Notes under the pieces: generated by a model
Told to the model about the DNA's origin: nothing
What the model saw: only the letters and a program-made list of their open reading frames with translations
Databases searched by the model: none
Shown: positions 37,781 through 45,927 of the stretch, piece by piece
Position numbering within the stretch: the first letter of the stretch is position 1
Layout: the number at the start of each line of letters is the position of its first letter
Origin: an uncultured Bacilli bacterium
GTDB lineage: Bacteria > Bacillota_I > Bacilli_A > RF39 > UBA660
Assembly: GCA_944372055.1 (NCBI GenBank)
Contig: CALVYF010000006.1
Location: 1-52,962, forward strand
Length of the DNA stretch: 52,962 nucleotides
Direction of reading: 5' to 3'
Program-made: the position numbers and the translations under genes

Positions 37781-39373
37781 ACATTTTCCTAGATTAACAC
37801 AAGAATCATAATAAGTTGAGCGTTTTTTTAGTTCTTTATCTATATAACTATTACCATATATTTCACTTAACGTTTTTTTATTACTGAATAAATTAGTACC
37901 TAATCCTAATCTATCACCTTTAATTTTTACACCTAAAGCTGCTAGAGCAGTAGGATAATAATCAAATGTAGTAAAATCACGATTTTTAGTATGATCTGTT
38001 TCAACCGCAGAATTTAAATAAACATTATAGACTCGTCTTTCATAGTCATCGGGTAAGTTATTAAATGAACTAGTATTCATACTAAGATGATCACCAGCTA
38101 AAATGACGGTTGTATTATCATAAAAATCTTGATCTTGAATCCACTCAACAAATTCTCCAAGTTGTCTATCAGAACAATAAATAGCATTTAAATAAGGATT
38201 ACTAGAATAATTTGGACAAAAATCACTTTCATACCCGTCAGGCATATGGGTGTCTACTGTTAACATAGTAAAATTGAATGGTTCATCACTGTCAGCAACT
38301 TTTTCTAATTCCTGTTTTGCATATTCATATAATATTTCATCTTCATATCCCCAGAAAACATAATAGTCATCAGGAATAATGCCATCCTCTTTGGCAGTAT
38401 AAAGGTCAAAGACCTGATAATCGCCATGTCTTTTATAATAGACTCTTCTACCACCAAAGGATAAGTCAGACCCCACCATAATAGATTGATGATATCCTTC
38501 TTCGGCCAATATATCACCAATTGCAGTAGCACCATTAACAAGTCCATTTTTATAATTTTTCTCTTGATTAGCATCATCTGCAATAAATGGTGTTTTTATA
38601 GGAATTCCAGCAGTAGCTGCCACCATACCACCCATCGTCCAAGAAGCACCAAAAGGCATATGAGCACCACCAACACCATCTGTATTAGAAAAATTAATAT
38701 AATCTTCAGCTAACTCTGTAAGATTTGGAATATAGTTATATGGATAACCACCACCACTTTCATAATCAGCATAAGTAGATTCCATAGATTCTAAATAGAT
38801 ATAAATTAAATTTCTTTTTTTCTTAGGAAATTCCAGTTTTACATCTGCAGGATTTACATATTCTTCTTCGAAAAAAGTAGAACTTTTTGCATTAGCTTCA
38901 ATATATTCATTTATATATAACTCATCCATTGCGTAAACAACGGAATCAGTCAAAGTATAGATTGGTATAAGACAAGCGATTAAGAAAATAAAAACTGCAA
39001 TATTAAATTTAATATGAAATTGTTTTTTTAATATAGTAACCTGTAACTGAATCTTACTATTCCTAAAGAAAACTCTATAAATAATATAAATAACAATAAA
39101 AAGTCCAAGTAAAATTAAAGTTGTTTGCAATGGAGGATAAATATTAGATTTAAAGAAGTCGTCTAATATATCCTTACTAGCAGTAGTAACAGAAGTACCT
39201 AAAGTATATAAAATTTCATCAAATGAAGTGAAACTATAATTCTCTATTGCCCAGTTTGTTCCAAGACGCAATGCCATGGAAAGAAAGATAGCTAAGAAAA
39301 ATAGTATAACAAAAAGAAGACTAATGCTTCCTTTTATAATCTGCACTATGATTTTTAGAACTTTTTTTAACAT
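37775..39373 (-). CDS. Phosphoglycerol transferase (OpgB/MdoB-like, LTA synthase superfamily)
   Basis: N-terminal TMs; NLIYIYLESME, P.L, SWTMGGM, WG.ED, TVDTH, GDH, LGLG.NL. Confidence 0.88.
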   Translation of the reverse strand: MLKKVLKIIVQIIKGSISLLFVILFFLAIFLSMALRLGTNWAIENYSFTSFDEILYTLGTSVTTASKDILDDFFKSNIYPPLQTTLILLGLFIVIYIIYRVFFRNSKIQLQVTILKKQFHIKFNIAVFIFLIACLIPIYTLTDSVVYAMDELYINEYIEANAKSSTFFEEEYVNPADVKLEFPKKKRNLIYIYLESMESTYADYESGGGYPYNYIPNLTELAEDYINFSNTDGVGGAHMPFGASWTMGGMVAATAGIPIKTPFIADDANQEKNYKNGLVNGATAIGDILAEEGYHQSIMVGSDLSFGGRRVYYKRHGDYQVFDLYTAKEDGIIPDDYYVFWGYEDEILYEYAKQELEKVADSDEPFNFTMLTVDTHMPDGYESDFCPNYSSNPYLNAIYCSDRQLGEFVEWIQDQDFYDNTTVILAGDHLSMNTSSFNNLPDDYERRVYNVYLNSAVETDHTKNRDFTTFDYYPTALAALGVKIKGDRLGLGTNLFSNKKTLSEIYGNSYIDKELKKRSTYYDSCVNLGKCK

Positions 39374-39692
39374 CCTTTTTACGTTCCTTTACATCAATAT
39401 TAATCTGTACTACTTTAGATATAATAAATAATAGACAACTAATTGCAATCGCAACAGCAAAACTTATTAACATGTATTGCATAGTAAAATCGATAGTAAA
39501 TAATTTAGAACTATACCAATTAATTTTACCAGTATGAATAAAATGATAAATAATAGTCATAATTAAATTAATAATAAAAGTATAACCAAGATAAGGAATA
39601 ACTAATTCATTAAGCTTTCTTTTTTCCTTTCTTAACTTTTCACTTACCAAGATAGAAATACTAGCAGGTAAGAATAAACACAAATATAACAT
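39321..39692 (-). CDS. Small membrane protein (123 aa) overlapping the phosphoglycerol transferase start
   Basis: 3 hydrophobic segments; RBS GAAGGTG; 53-nt overlap with the downstream gene. Confidence 0.75.
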   Translation of the reverse strand: MLYLCLFLPASISILVSEKLRKEKRKLNELVIPYLGYTFIINLIMTIIYHFIHTGKINWYSSKLFTIDFTMQYMLISFAVAIAISCLLFIISKVVQINIDVKERKKDVKKSSKNHSADYKRKH

Positions 39693-39868
39693 ACTGCACC
39701 TTCCTCATTATAATCTATCTTATGGATAGATAAAACAACAAAATTATATCAAAAAACTAGTGGAAAATCAATGAAAATTGTATGAAATATAATATCTTTA
39801 ACAAAATATAATAAAATGTACTAAAATAAAAGAATATGTTATAATATAGCTATCAAGGAGCGAAGACT

Positions 39869-40789
39869 ATGAAAAAATGTATCATTATTATGAATCCTGA
39901 AAGTGGTAAAGTCAAAAGTTTAAGTACGAAAAATGAATTTTATGATGTCTTAAGAAAACATGGTTATGATGCAGAAATTAAATATACTAAGGGACCAAAA
40001 GATGCCACTAGAATTGTAGAAGAACTAGAAGATGATGTGGATTTAGTAATCAGTGCCGGAGGAGATGGTACGTTGAATGAAGTAGTAACCGGAAATCTTC
40101 GCCGCGAAAAGAAACTTGTTTTAGCGAACCTCCCTATGGGAACAACGAATGATGTTGCCAATATGTATGGATATACAAAAGATTATCAAAAAAACTTGGA
40201 ATTACTATTAAACGGAGTAAGAAAAAAAGTAGATGTTTGCTATATTGATAATACGCCTTTTGTCTATGTCGCATGTCTAGGAGATTATATTGATATGGCC
40301 TATAATACTCCAAGAAATTTAAAAAAGAAATATGGTAAAATTGCTTATATTTTATATGGCTTAAGACAGTTACAAAATAAAATTCATAAGTATCATGTAA
40401 AATACAAAGTAGATGGAGTAGAACATGAAGGAGAATATTCATTTTTCTTTATTACTAACTCATCACGTGTAGCAGGTGTAGATGATATTTACTATGATGT
40501 AAAAATGGATGACAATATGTTTGAAGTGGCTCTCGCTAATCCAAAAACGAAACCAGATATTTTAAGAATGTTAGTTCAAGTAACTATGAAAGATGTAAAA
40601 GAAGTTCCAGGAATTACCTATTATCAAACCAACGATTTTGAAATAGAATTCTTAGACAAACCAAAAACTTCTTGGTGTATTGATGGCGAAGAATATGAAA
40701 CAAATAAAACTAAATATGAATTTAAAGTAAACCAAAGCATAAAAATGTTAATACCAAGAACAAATGCAAAGAAGTTATTTAATAAGTAA
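39869..40789 (+). CDS. Diacylglycerol/lipid kinase (YegS/Rv2252/BmrU, DgkB-like)
   Basis: NPESG, GGDGTLNEVV, PMGTTND, DGE. Confidence 0.93.
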   Translation: MKKCIIIMNPESGKVKSLSTKNEFYDVLRKHGYDAEIKYTKGPKDATRIVEELEDDVDLVISAGGDGTLNEVVTGNLRREKKLVLANLPMGTTNDVANMYGYTKDYQKNLELLLNGVRKKVDVCYIDNTPFVYVACLGDYIDMAYNTPRNLKKKYGKIAYILYGLRQLQNKIHKYHVKYKVDGVEHEGEYSFFFITNSSRVAGVDDIYYDVKMDDNMFEVALANPKTKPDILRMLVQVTMKDVKEVPGITYYQTNDFEIEFLDKPKTSWCIDGEEYETNKTKYEFKVNQSIKMLIPRTNAKKLFNK

Positions 40790-40798
40790 GGTGAAGTT

Positions 40799-41593
40799 AT
40801 GGCAAAAGAAAATAAAAAAGAAAAACGTCAATTAAAAATTAATATTGTTGTATATTTAGTACTAAGATTTTTAGTAATCGTATGTATGGTAGAGCAATCT
40901 TTAAAAGGGAACTGGCATAGTGTGGCACTATGTTTTCTAACATTAATATTGTTTACTCTACCAACAATTGCATCAAAAACTTTTAAAGTAAAATTACCAA
41001 CGACACTAGAAATTATCATTTATTTATTTATCTTTGGAGCAGAAATACTAGGAGAAATTCAAAACTTTTATGGAGTATTTAAACACTGGGATACTATGTT
41101 ACATACACTAAATGGTTTTCTATCAGCAGCAATTGGATTCTCACTAATCGATATTTTAAATAGAACAGAAAGATTTCATATCAAGATGACACCATTATTC
41201 GTAGCGCTAGTAGCTTTTTGTTTTTCTATGACAATCGGAGTATTATGGGAATTCTTTGAATTCACTGCAGATCGCTATTTTAATACGGACATGCAAAAAG
41301 ATAGAATTGTAGAAAAAATACAATCAGTAGAATTAAATAAAGAGAATAAGAATGATCCACTTATCATAGACGATATTAATAAAACCATTATCTATAGTGA
41401 TAACAATAAAAAAACGACAATTGAAGGTGGGTATTTAGATATAGGTATTATTGATACTATGAAAGATTTAATAGTCAATTTTATTGGTGCACTAGTGTTT
41501 TCCATTTTAGGTTTTTTATATATTAAAGACCGTGATGAATATAAGTTCATTGAAAGATTCTTACCAGTAATGAAGAAATTTAAAGAAGAATAG
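40799..41593 (+). CDS. Conserved integral membrane protein (DUF2238-like motifs)
   Basis: LGE...FY...WD.MLH, WEFFEF..D, DTMKDL..N..GA. Confidence 0.75.
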   Translation: MAKENKKEKRQLKINIVVYLVLRFLVIVCMVEQSLKGNWHSVALCFLTLILFTLPTIASKTFKVKLPTTLEIIIYLFIFGAEILGEIQNFYGVFKHWDTMLHTLNGFLSAAIGFSLIDILNRTERFHIKMTPLFVALVAFCFSMTIGVLWEFFEFTADRYFNTDMQKDRIVEKIQSVELNKENKNDPLIIDDINKTIIYSDNNKKTTIEGGYLDIGIIDTMKDLIVNFIGALVFSILGFLYIKDRDEYKFIERFLPVMKKFKEE

Positions 41594-41610
41594 CCTAGGG
41601 TTATTTTTTT

Positions 41611-41660
41611 TTGAAATTTTTAAGGAAGACTCCTACTTTTTTCGAATAATAAAGTAGGAG
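41611..41660 (+). promoter_or_regulatory. Putative promoter overlapped by a perfect 10-bp inverted repeat that includes the SD
   Basis: TTGAAA (41611-41616), 17 nt, TACTTT (41634-41639); CTCCTACTTT (41630-41639) / AAAGTAGGAG (41651-41660). Confidence 0.65.
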
Positions 41661-41668
41661 GTGAAATT

Positions 41669-42565
41669 ATTAAAAAATTTTATACATGCCGCTATGATAG
41701 AGCATTTAAAGAAGTATTCATGAACGAATCAAACAAAGACTTGTTAATTTATTTATTAGAAGGAATTCTAAAACTAAAAATAAATAACGTGGAATATCTC
41801 AATTTAGAACAAAATGTAGGAAATATCTACGTAAAAAGAAAACACTTCGATTTATTTTTAAAAACAGATATTGGAAATATCCAAGTAGAAGTAAATGCTT
41901 CTAATCTAAATTATGTAAAACCAAGAAATATGTCTTATATATGTGCAATATATTCTAACCATGTATTAAAAGGACAAAATTATAATCAAGATACTAAGAT
42001 TATACAAATTAATTTTAGTTATGGACTAGAAGATTCAGAAGAGAAAAGAGTATATTATGTACAAGATCAAAGTAATAAAAAATATGTGGAAAATTTTACC
42101 ATTTATGAAATCAATATGGAAAAATATATAAACTATTGGTATACTAAAAACAAAGAAAAAATAGAAGAAAATAAAGAAATAATTATGCTAGATTTAGAAT
42201 TAGAAGAATTAAAGCTTCTGTCAAAAGAAGATAGGATGGTGAAAAAATATATGAGTGAAATGGAAAAAATCAATAGTAATCCTGAATTTTTTGAATATAT
42301 GAGCGCAGAAGAAGATAATCGAAAGATAGAAAATTCTATTAGAAGAGAAATGATAGAAAGAGGATTAAAAGAGGGTTTAGAGCAAGGACTAGAGCAAGGT
42401 CTGGAACAAGGTCTGGAACAAGGTCTAGAGCAAGGTTTAGAGCGAGGACTAGAACAAGCAAAAATTGATATTGCTCATAATATGCTAAAAGATGGATTAG
42501 ATATTGTTACAATAGCTAAGTATACTGGTTTAGCTAAAGAAACAATCCAAGAAATGTCCAAATAG
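41669..42565 (+). CDS. Rpn family recombination-promoting nuclease / PD-(D/E)XK putative transposase, probable ATT start (41666 or 41669)
   Basis: SD AGGAGGTG (41656-41663) followed by in-frame ATT ATT AAA AAA TTT...; family N-terminal motif YDRAFKEVF lies upstream of the first ATG (41720); FD.....IQVEVN, (GLEQ)n, IAHNML..G...I...TGL. Confidence 0.85.
   Translation: MKKFYTCRYDRAFKEVFMNESNKDLLIYLLEGILKLKINNVEYLNLEQNVGNIYVKRKHFDLFLKTDIGNIQVEVNASNLNYVKPRNMSYICAIYSNHVLKGQNYNQDTKIIQINFSYGLEDSEEKRVYYVQDQSNKKYVENFTIYEINMEKYINYWYTKNKEKIEENKEIIMLDLELEELKLLSKEDRMVKKYMSEMEKINSNPEFFEYMSAEEDNRKIENSIRREMIERGLKEGLEQGLEQGLEQGLEQGLEQGLERGLEQAKIDIAHNMLKDGLDIVTIAKYTGLAKETIQEMSK
42362..42457 (+). repeat. Eight 12-nt repeats encoding (GLEQ)-type tetrapeptides
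   Basis: GGN YTR GAR CAA units; typical Rpn C-terminal variable repeat. Confidence 0.92.
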
Positions 42566-42579
42566 TGATAAAAGAGATT

Positions 42580-42616
42580 AAAAAAATAAAGTAAAATAAG
42601 CTTACTTTATTTTTTT
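42580..42616 (+). terminator. Intrinsic terminator after the Rpn gene
   Basis: AAAAAAATAAAGTAA-aataagc-TTACTTTATTTTTTT. Confidence 0.65.
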
Positions 42617-42658
42617 GTCGATTTTTGTCATACGAAACATTTGTCATGTTTTGTCGAA
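42616..42658 (+). promoter_or_regulatory. Two pairs of tandem Spo0A boxes upstream of the spoIIA-like operon
   Basis: TGTCGAT (42616), TGTCATA (42626), TGTCATG (42642), TGTCGAA (42652, perfect 0A box), each preceded by TT; spacing 10/16/10. Confidence 0.78.
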
Positions 42659-42709
42659 ATGCTAGAAAATATTTTCTATTTGTTTTATAGTGCAAATAGA
42701 GGTGAAGAC

Positions 42710-43048
42710 ATGCTAACAGTATCACGACAAGTAAACAGAGGAATCATATTTATTAGATTGGAGGGAGAACTAACTGCAAATAACTTCTATAAAGTGGCAG
42801 AAGAAATTAACTATTTATTATATAACCAAGGAATTTTAGTTTATGTATTTAACTTAGAAGACGTAAATAAAATAGATAAAGGCATATTGGAAAGTATTCA
42901 AAATAAGTTAACAGAAATCTTTTTAAAATGTGGTAGTGTTGCTATCTGTGGTATATCAACAAAATTAAGAAAAATGTTAGGAGAAAGAAAAAACGAATTA
43001 TTTTATGTAACAGAAGAAAAAGAAGTATTTCAATATATTAGTATTTAA
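42710..43048 (+). CDS. spoIIAA: SpoIIAA-like STAS protein (anti-sigma-F antagonist homologue), phospho-serine motif degenerate
   Basis: ATG 42710 after GAGGTGA; IRLEGELT...FNLEDVNKIDKGI; directly upstream of sigF. Confidence 0.75.
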   Translation: MLTVSRQVNRGIIFIRLEGELTANNFYKVAEEINYLLYNQGILVYVFNLEDVNKIDKGILESIQNKLTEIFLKCGSVAICGISTKLRKMLGERKNELFYVTEEKEVFQYISI

Positions 43049-43059
43049 AAGGAGAGAAT

Positions 43060-43695
43060 ATGGACAGCATATTGGAATATGAAGATATGATTTATAAAAT
43101 GATTGGTAGATACCGAAACTTTGATAAAGAAGACCTATATCAAGTAGCGATGCTTGGTTTAATGAATGCTAAAAAAAATTATAATCCAAATGAAAATACA
43201 AAGTTTTCAACTTATGCTTATTATTATATTTTAGGAGAAATTAATGCTTATATTAGAGCAAGTAATCCTGTAAAGATAAGTAGAGACCTTCTTCGACTGA
43301 ACAAAAGCTTAGAGCATGCAAAAGAAGTGATGGCACAAAGATTAAAAAGGGAACCAACAACAGAAGAGCTATCTATCTTTTTAGAAGTTCCCATAGAAAA
43401 AATAGAAGAAGCAACACTTGCAACTAGACAGGTAGAGAGTCTAGATTACACCTATAGTGATGAAGAAAGTGATTTATATAATTCTTTTGGACAAGAAGAA
43501 ACACAAATGACCGAAGACTTCTTAGATCTAAAAGATGCCATAAAAAATCTCCCAAGAGAAGAACAACAGTTAATTATTGCGAGATATTATACGGGACTAA
43601 CACAACAAGAAACAAGCGAGTCTCTAGGAATATCTCAAGTACAAGTATCAAGAAAAGAATCAAAAATATTACAAAAGCTAAAGACAACTCTATAA
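43060..43695 (+). CDS. sigF: Forespore sigma factor F, N-terminally shortened (211 aa)
   Basis: EDLYQV...GL...KFSTYA...I.GEI...VKISR, REPT..EL, RYY...TQ.E....LGISQVQVSR (QVQ is SigF-type; SigG has QAQ); spoIIAA and spoVA context. Confidence 0.85.
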   Translation: MDSILEYEDMIYKMIGRYRNFDKEDLYQVAMLGLMNAKKNYNPNENTKFSTYAYYYILGEINAYIRASNPVKISRDLLRLNKSLEHAKEVMAQRLKREPTTEELSIFLEVPIEKIEEATLATRQVESLDYTYSDEESDLYNSFGQEETQMTEDFLDLKDAIKNLPREEQQLIIARYYTGLTQQETSESLGISQVQVSRKESKILQKLKTTL

Positions 43696-43710
43696 AATAG
43701 AGTTTTTTTT
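43686..43710 (+). terminator. Intrinsic terminator after sigF
   Basis: AACTCTAT-aaa-ATAGAGTT + T run. Confidence 0.7.
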
Positions 43711-43847
43711 ATGAAAAAATGATATAATAAGGCTAGAAACATTCCATTGTGAGTGGTCGAGGAGGTGTTGAGAAGGAAGATGTGTTAAAAAGGGGGAAGT
43801 CTATATGAATAAATAATTTCATATAATGAAAAGAAGGAGTGTAAAAG

Positions 43848-45104
43848 ATGTATTGTAGTGAGTGCGGTGCAAAGAATGAAAAAGATGCTCTATTTTGTGA
43901 AGAATGCGGTGCAAAGTTAGAGCAACCAAAAGAGGATAAAACCCCTAAGAAAAAAACATCAAAAAAGAAAAGTACAAAAAAATTAAATAAAAAACAATGG
44001 ATTATAATCGGTATTATGATAGCTGTAGTAGTAATCTTATTTATCGTATTTCAAGTGTTAAAAACACAGACATCACCATCTAAGATTGTAGAAAATTATA
44101 TTGAAGCAATAAATAATAAAGATTATGAAAAGTTATATGATTATGCAAATTATACTGGAGACCAAACATTTATTAGTAAAAAAGCTTATACAGAGGCTGT
44201 AAAAGAAAAATTAGAAGGAAAAAGTACCATTAACAATTTTGTAGTTGGAACAACAACTTATGAAAACGGAGGACTTACAGCAGTAGTCACAGTAAATGCT
44301 GCTATGAGACTAGGAACCAGTACAACAACAGATTCATCATTTGAAATCAAATTAACAAAAGAAAAGGAAAAAGCATTTTTATTCTTTCCAAAATGGACAA
44401 TGGCAGATGATGAGTTATTAGGGATGAACACAACAGAAAATTATAATATTACAGTACCAAAAGATACAGAAATAACTTATGCAGGAGTCAAAGTAACAGA
44501 TAAATATCTTGATAAAAAAGAAAAAGAAGACTATACAGAAACATATATTCTACCACAAGTATTAACGACTTCTACAAATGTAGAATTCAAGTTACCTGGT
44601 GGATTAGAAATAGAAAAAGAGATTACCCCATCAAGTTATAGTAAAAGATATAGCTTAAGTATTACAAGTAGTGATCTTACGGATAAAACCAAAGAAAAAC
44701 TAACAAAAGAAGCAACAGAAACAATGGAGACAACGATGAAGGGAATTATGGATAATAAGAGTTTTGATGACATAAAATCTGTATTAGCTGAAAAACCAGA
44801 TTCTGAATATTATAAAGATTTTGCAGAAGAATATGCAGATTATTTAAAAGATGTTCAAGAAGATAGTAAAAAATTAACATCTTTCGATGTGGAAAGCATG
44901 ACAGTTTCATCCATCGGCTTTACAAGAGATTATGAGTTAAGCTTAAGAGTAAGAATGAGTTATTCTTGGACAGAGACAGAAAATGGTAAAGAAGAAGATG
45001 ATGATAGATATAATTATGTTACTTTCTATATGATTCCAGAAGAAGATAATTATAAAGTAGTAGGTATTTCTTCATTCCCTGCAACAGTTTCTTATTTATG
45101 GTAA
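43848..45104 (+). CDS. Zinc-ribbon membrane protein with large ectodomain (TcaA/YvbJ-like)
   Basis: MYCSECG...FCEECG, basic linker, TM, P...V..Y..A....DY and LFF.KW motifs. Confidence 0.8.
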   Translation: MYCSECGAKNEKDALFCEECGAKLEQPKEDKTPKKKTSKKKSTKKLNKKQWIIIGIMIAVVVILFIVFQVLKTQTSPSKIVENYIEAINNKDYEKLYDYANYTGDQTFISKKAYTEAVKEKLEGKSTINNFVVGTTTYENGGLTAVVTVNAAMRLGTSTTTDSSFEIKLTKEKEKAFLFFPKWTMADDELLGMNTTENYNITVPKDTEITYAGVKVTDKYLDKKEKEDYTETYILPQVLTTSTNVEFKLPGGLEIEKEITPSSYSKRYSLSITSSDLTDKTKEKLTKEATETMETTMKGIMDNKSFDDIKSVLAEKPDSEYYKDFAEEYADYLKDVQEDSKKLTSFDVESMTVSSIGFTRDYELSLRVRMSYSWTETENGKEEDDDRYNYVTFYMIPEEDNYKVVGISSFPATVSYLW

Positions 45105-45119
45105 AGAGAGGAGTAAACA

Positions 45120-45914
45120 ATGGCAAAATTTTGTAACAAATGCGGAAAACCATTAGTAGATGGCAAATGCTCACATTGTGAGCAAACTGAAAAAGAAGTA
45201 GTAGAGGCTACTTCTGAAGAAAATTTATTTATCGAATATCTTAATGTATTAAAAGGAATGTTCACCCATCCAGTTGCAACAATAAAAAAAGAGGCAACAG
45301 CAAAAAATCTTCCATTAGGAATTGTATCAATGGTAATTTGTGCAATATTATTTGGAATTTTCATACATGTATTATTAAGTAATATATTCTCATCTGTAGG
45401 TATGGATTTATCAGTAATCAGTACTATGATGGAACAATTAAATACCCAAATAGCAGCAACAGGATTGTCATTACCATCACTTTCAAATGTAGGAATAAAA
45501 ATGGCAATCATGTTTGCCATAGCATCAGTAATTATGGCAGGATTAATCTACTTAATGCATGCTGTAATATTTAAAAAGAAATTAGATTTTAAGAAAATAA
45601 TTTCTATGATAGGAATAATTGAAGTATCCTTTAGTGTACTTCTTTTAGCAGCAACCATATTATCATTTATTCATTATGTACTAGGTTTAATTATATTGAT
45701 ATTGGCAATAGCCTTCTTATTAGTACACTTACATCAAGGAATTTTAGTAATTTCCACAACAACTAAAACTCAAACAATTTATACAATTGCATTATGTGTA
45801 GGTATTGCGATTATCGCATTTACTTTATCATTAGTAACAGTACTAATATCTAGTATATTAGCACTAAGTCTTCAAACCACTAGTACCTCAATTAGTAGTG
45901 GACTAGGACTATAG
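45120..45914 (+). CDS. Zinc-ribbon, Yip1-like polytopic membrane protein (paralogue 1)
   Basis: MAKFCNKCGKPLVDGKCSHC; ~5 TMs. Confidence 0.78.
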   Translation: MAKFCNKCGKPLVDGKCSHCEQTEKEVVEATSEENLFIEYLNVLKGMFTHPVATIKKEATAKNLPLGIVSMVICAILFGIFIHVLLSNIFSSVGMDLSVISTMMEQLNTQIAATGLSLPSLSNVGIKMAIMFAIASVIMAGLIYLMHAVIFKKKLDFKKIISMIGIIEVSFSVLLLAATILSFIHYVLGLIILILAIAFLLVHLHQGILVISTTTKTQTIYTIALCVGIAIIAFTLSLVTVLISSILALSLQTTSTSISSGLGL

Positions 45915-45927
45915 AAAGGAGTAAACA

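Noticed and set aside
41594-42616. Rpn 'putative transposase' as an insertion sequence
   Set aside because: No terminal inverted repeats or target duplication seen; Rpn proteins are not established IS transposases.
42641-42709. N-terminal extension of the STAS ORF from TTG 42641 (and similar extended starts at 8409, 11858, 23239, 29301, 30935, 50819, 51525)
   Set aside because: Downstream starts have proper SD sequences; the 42641 extension runs through the Spo0A boxes.
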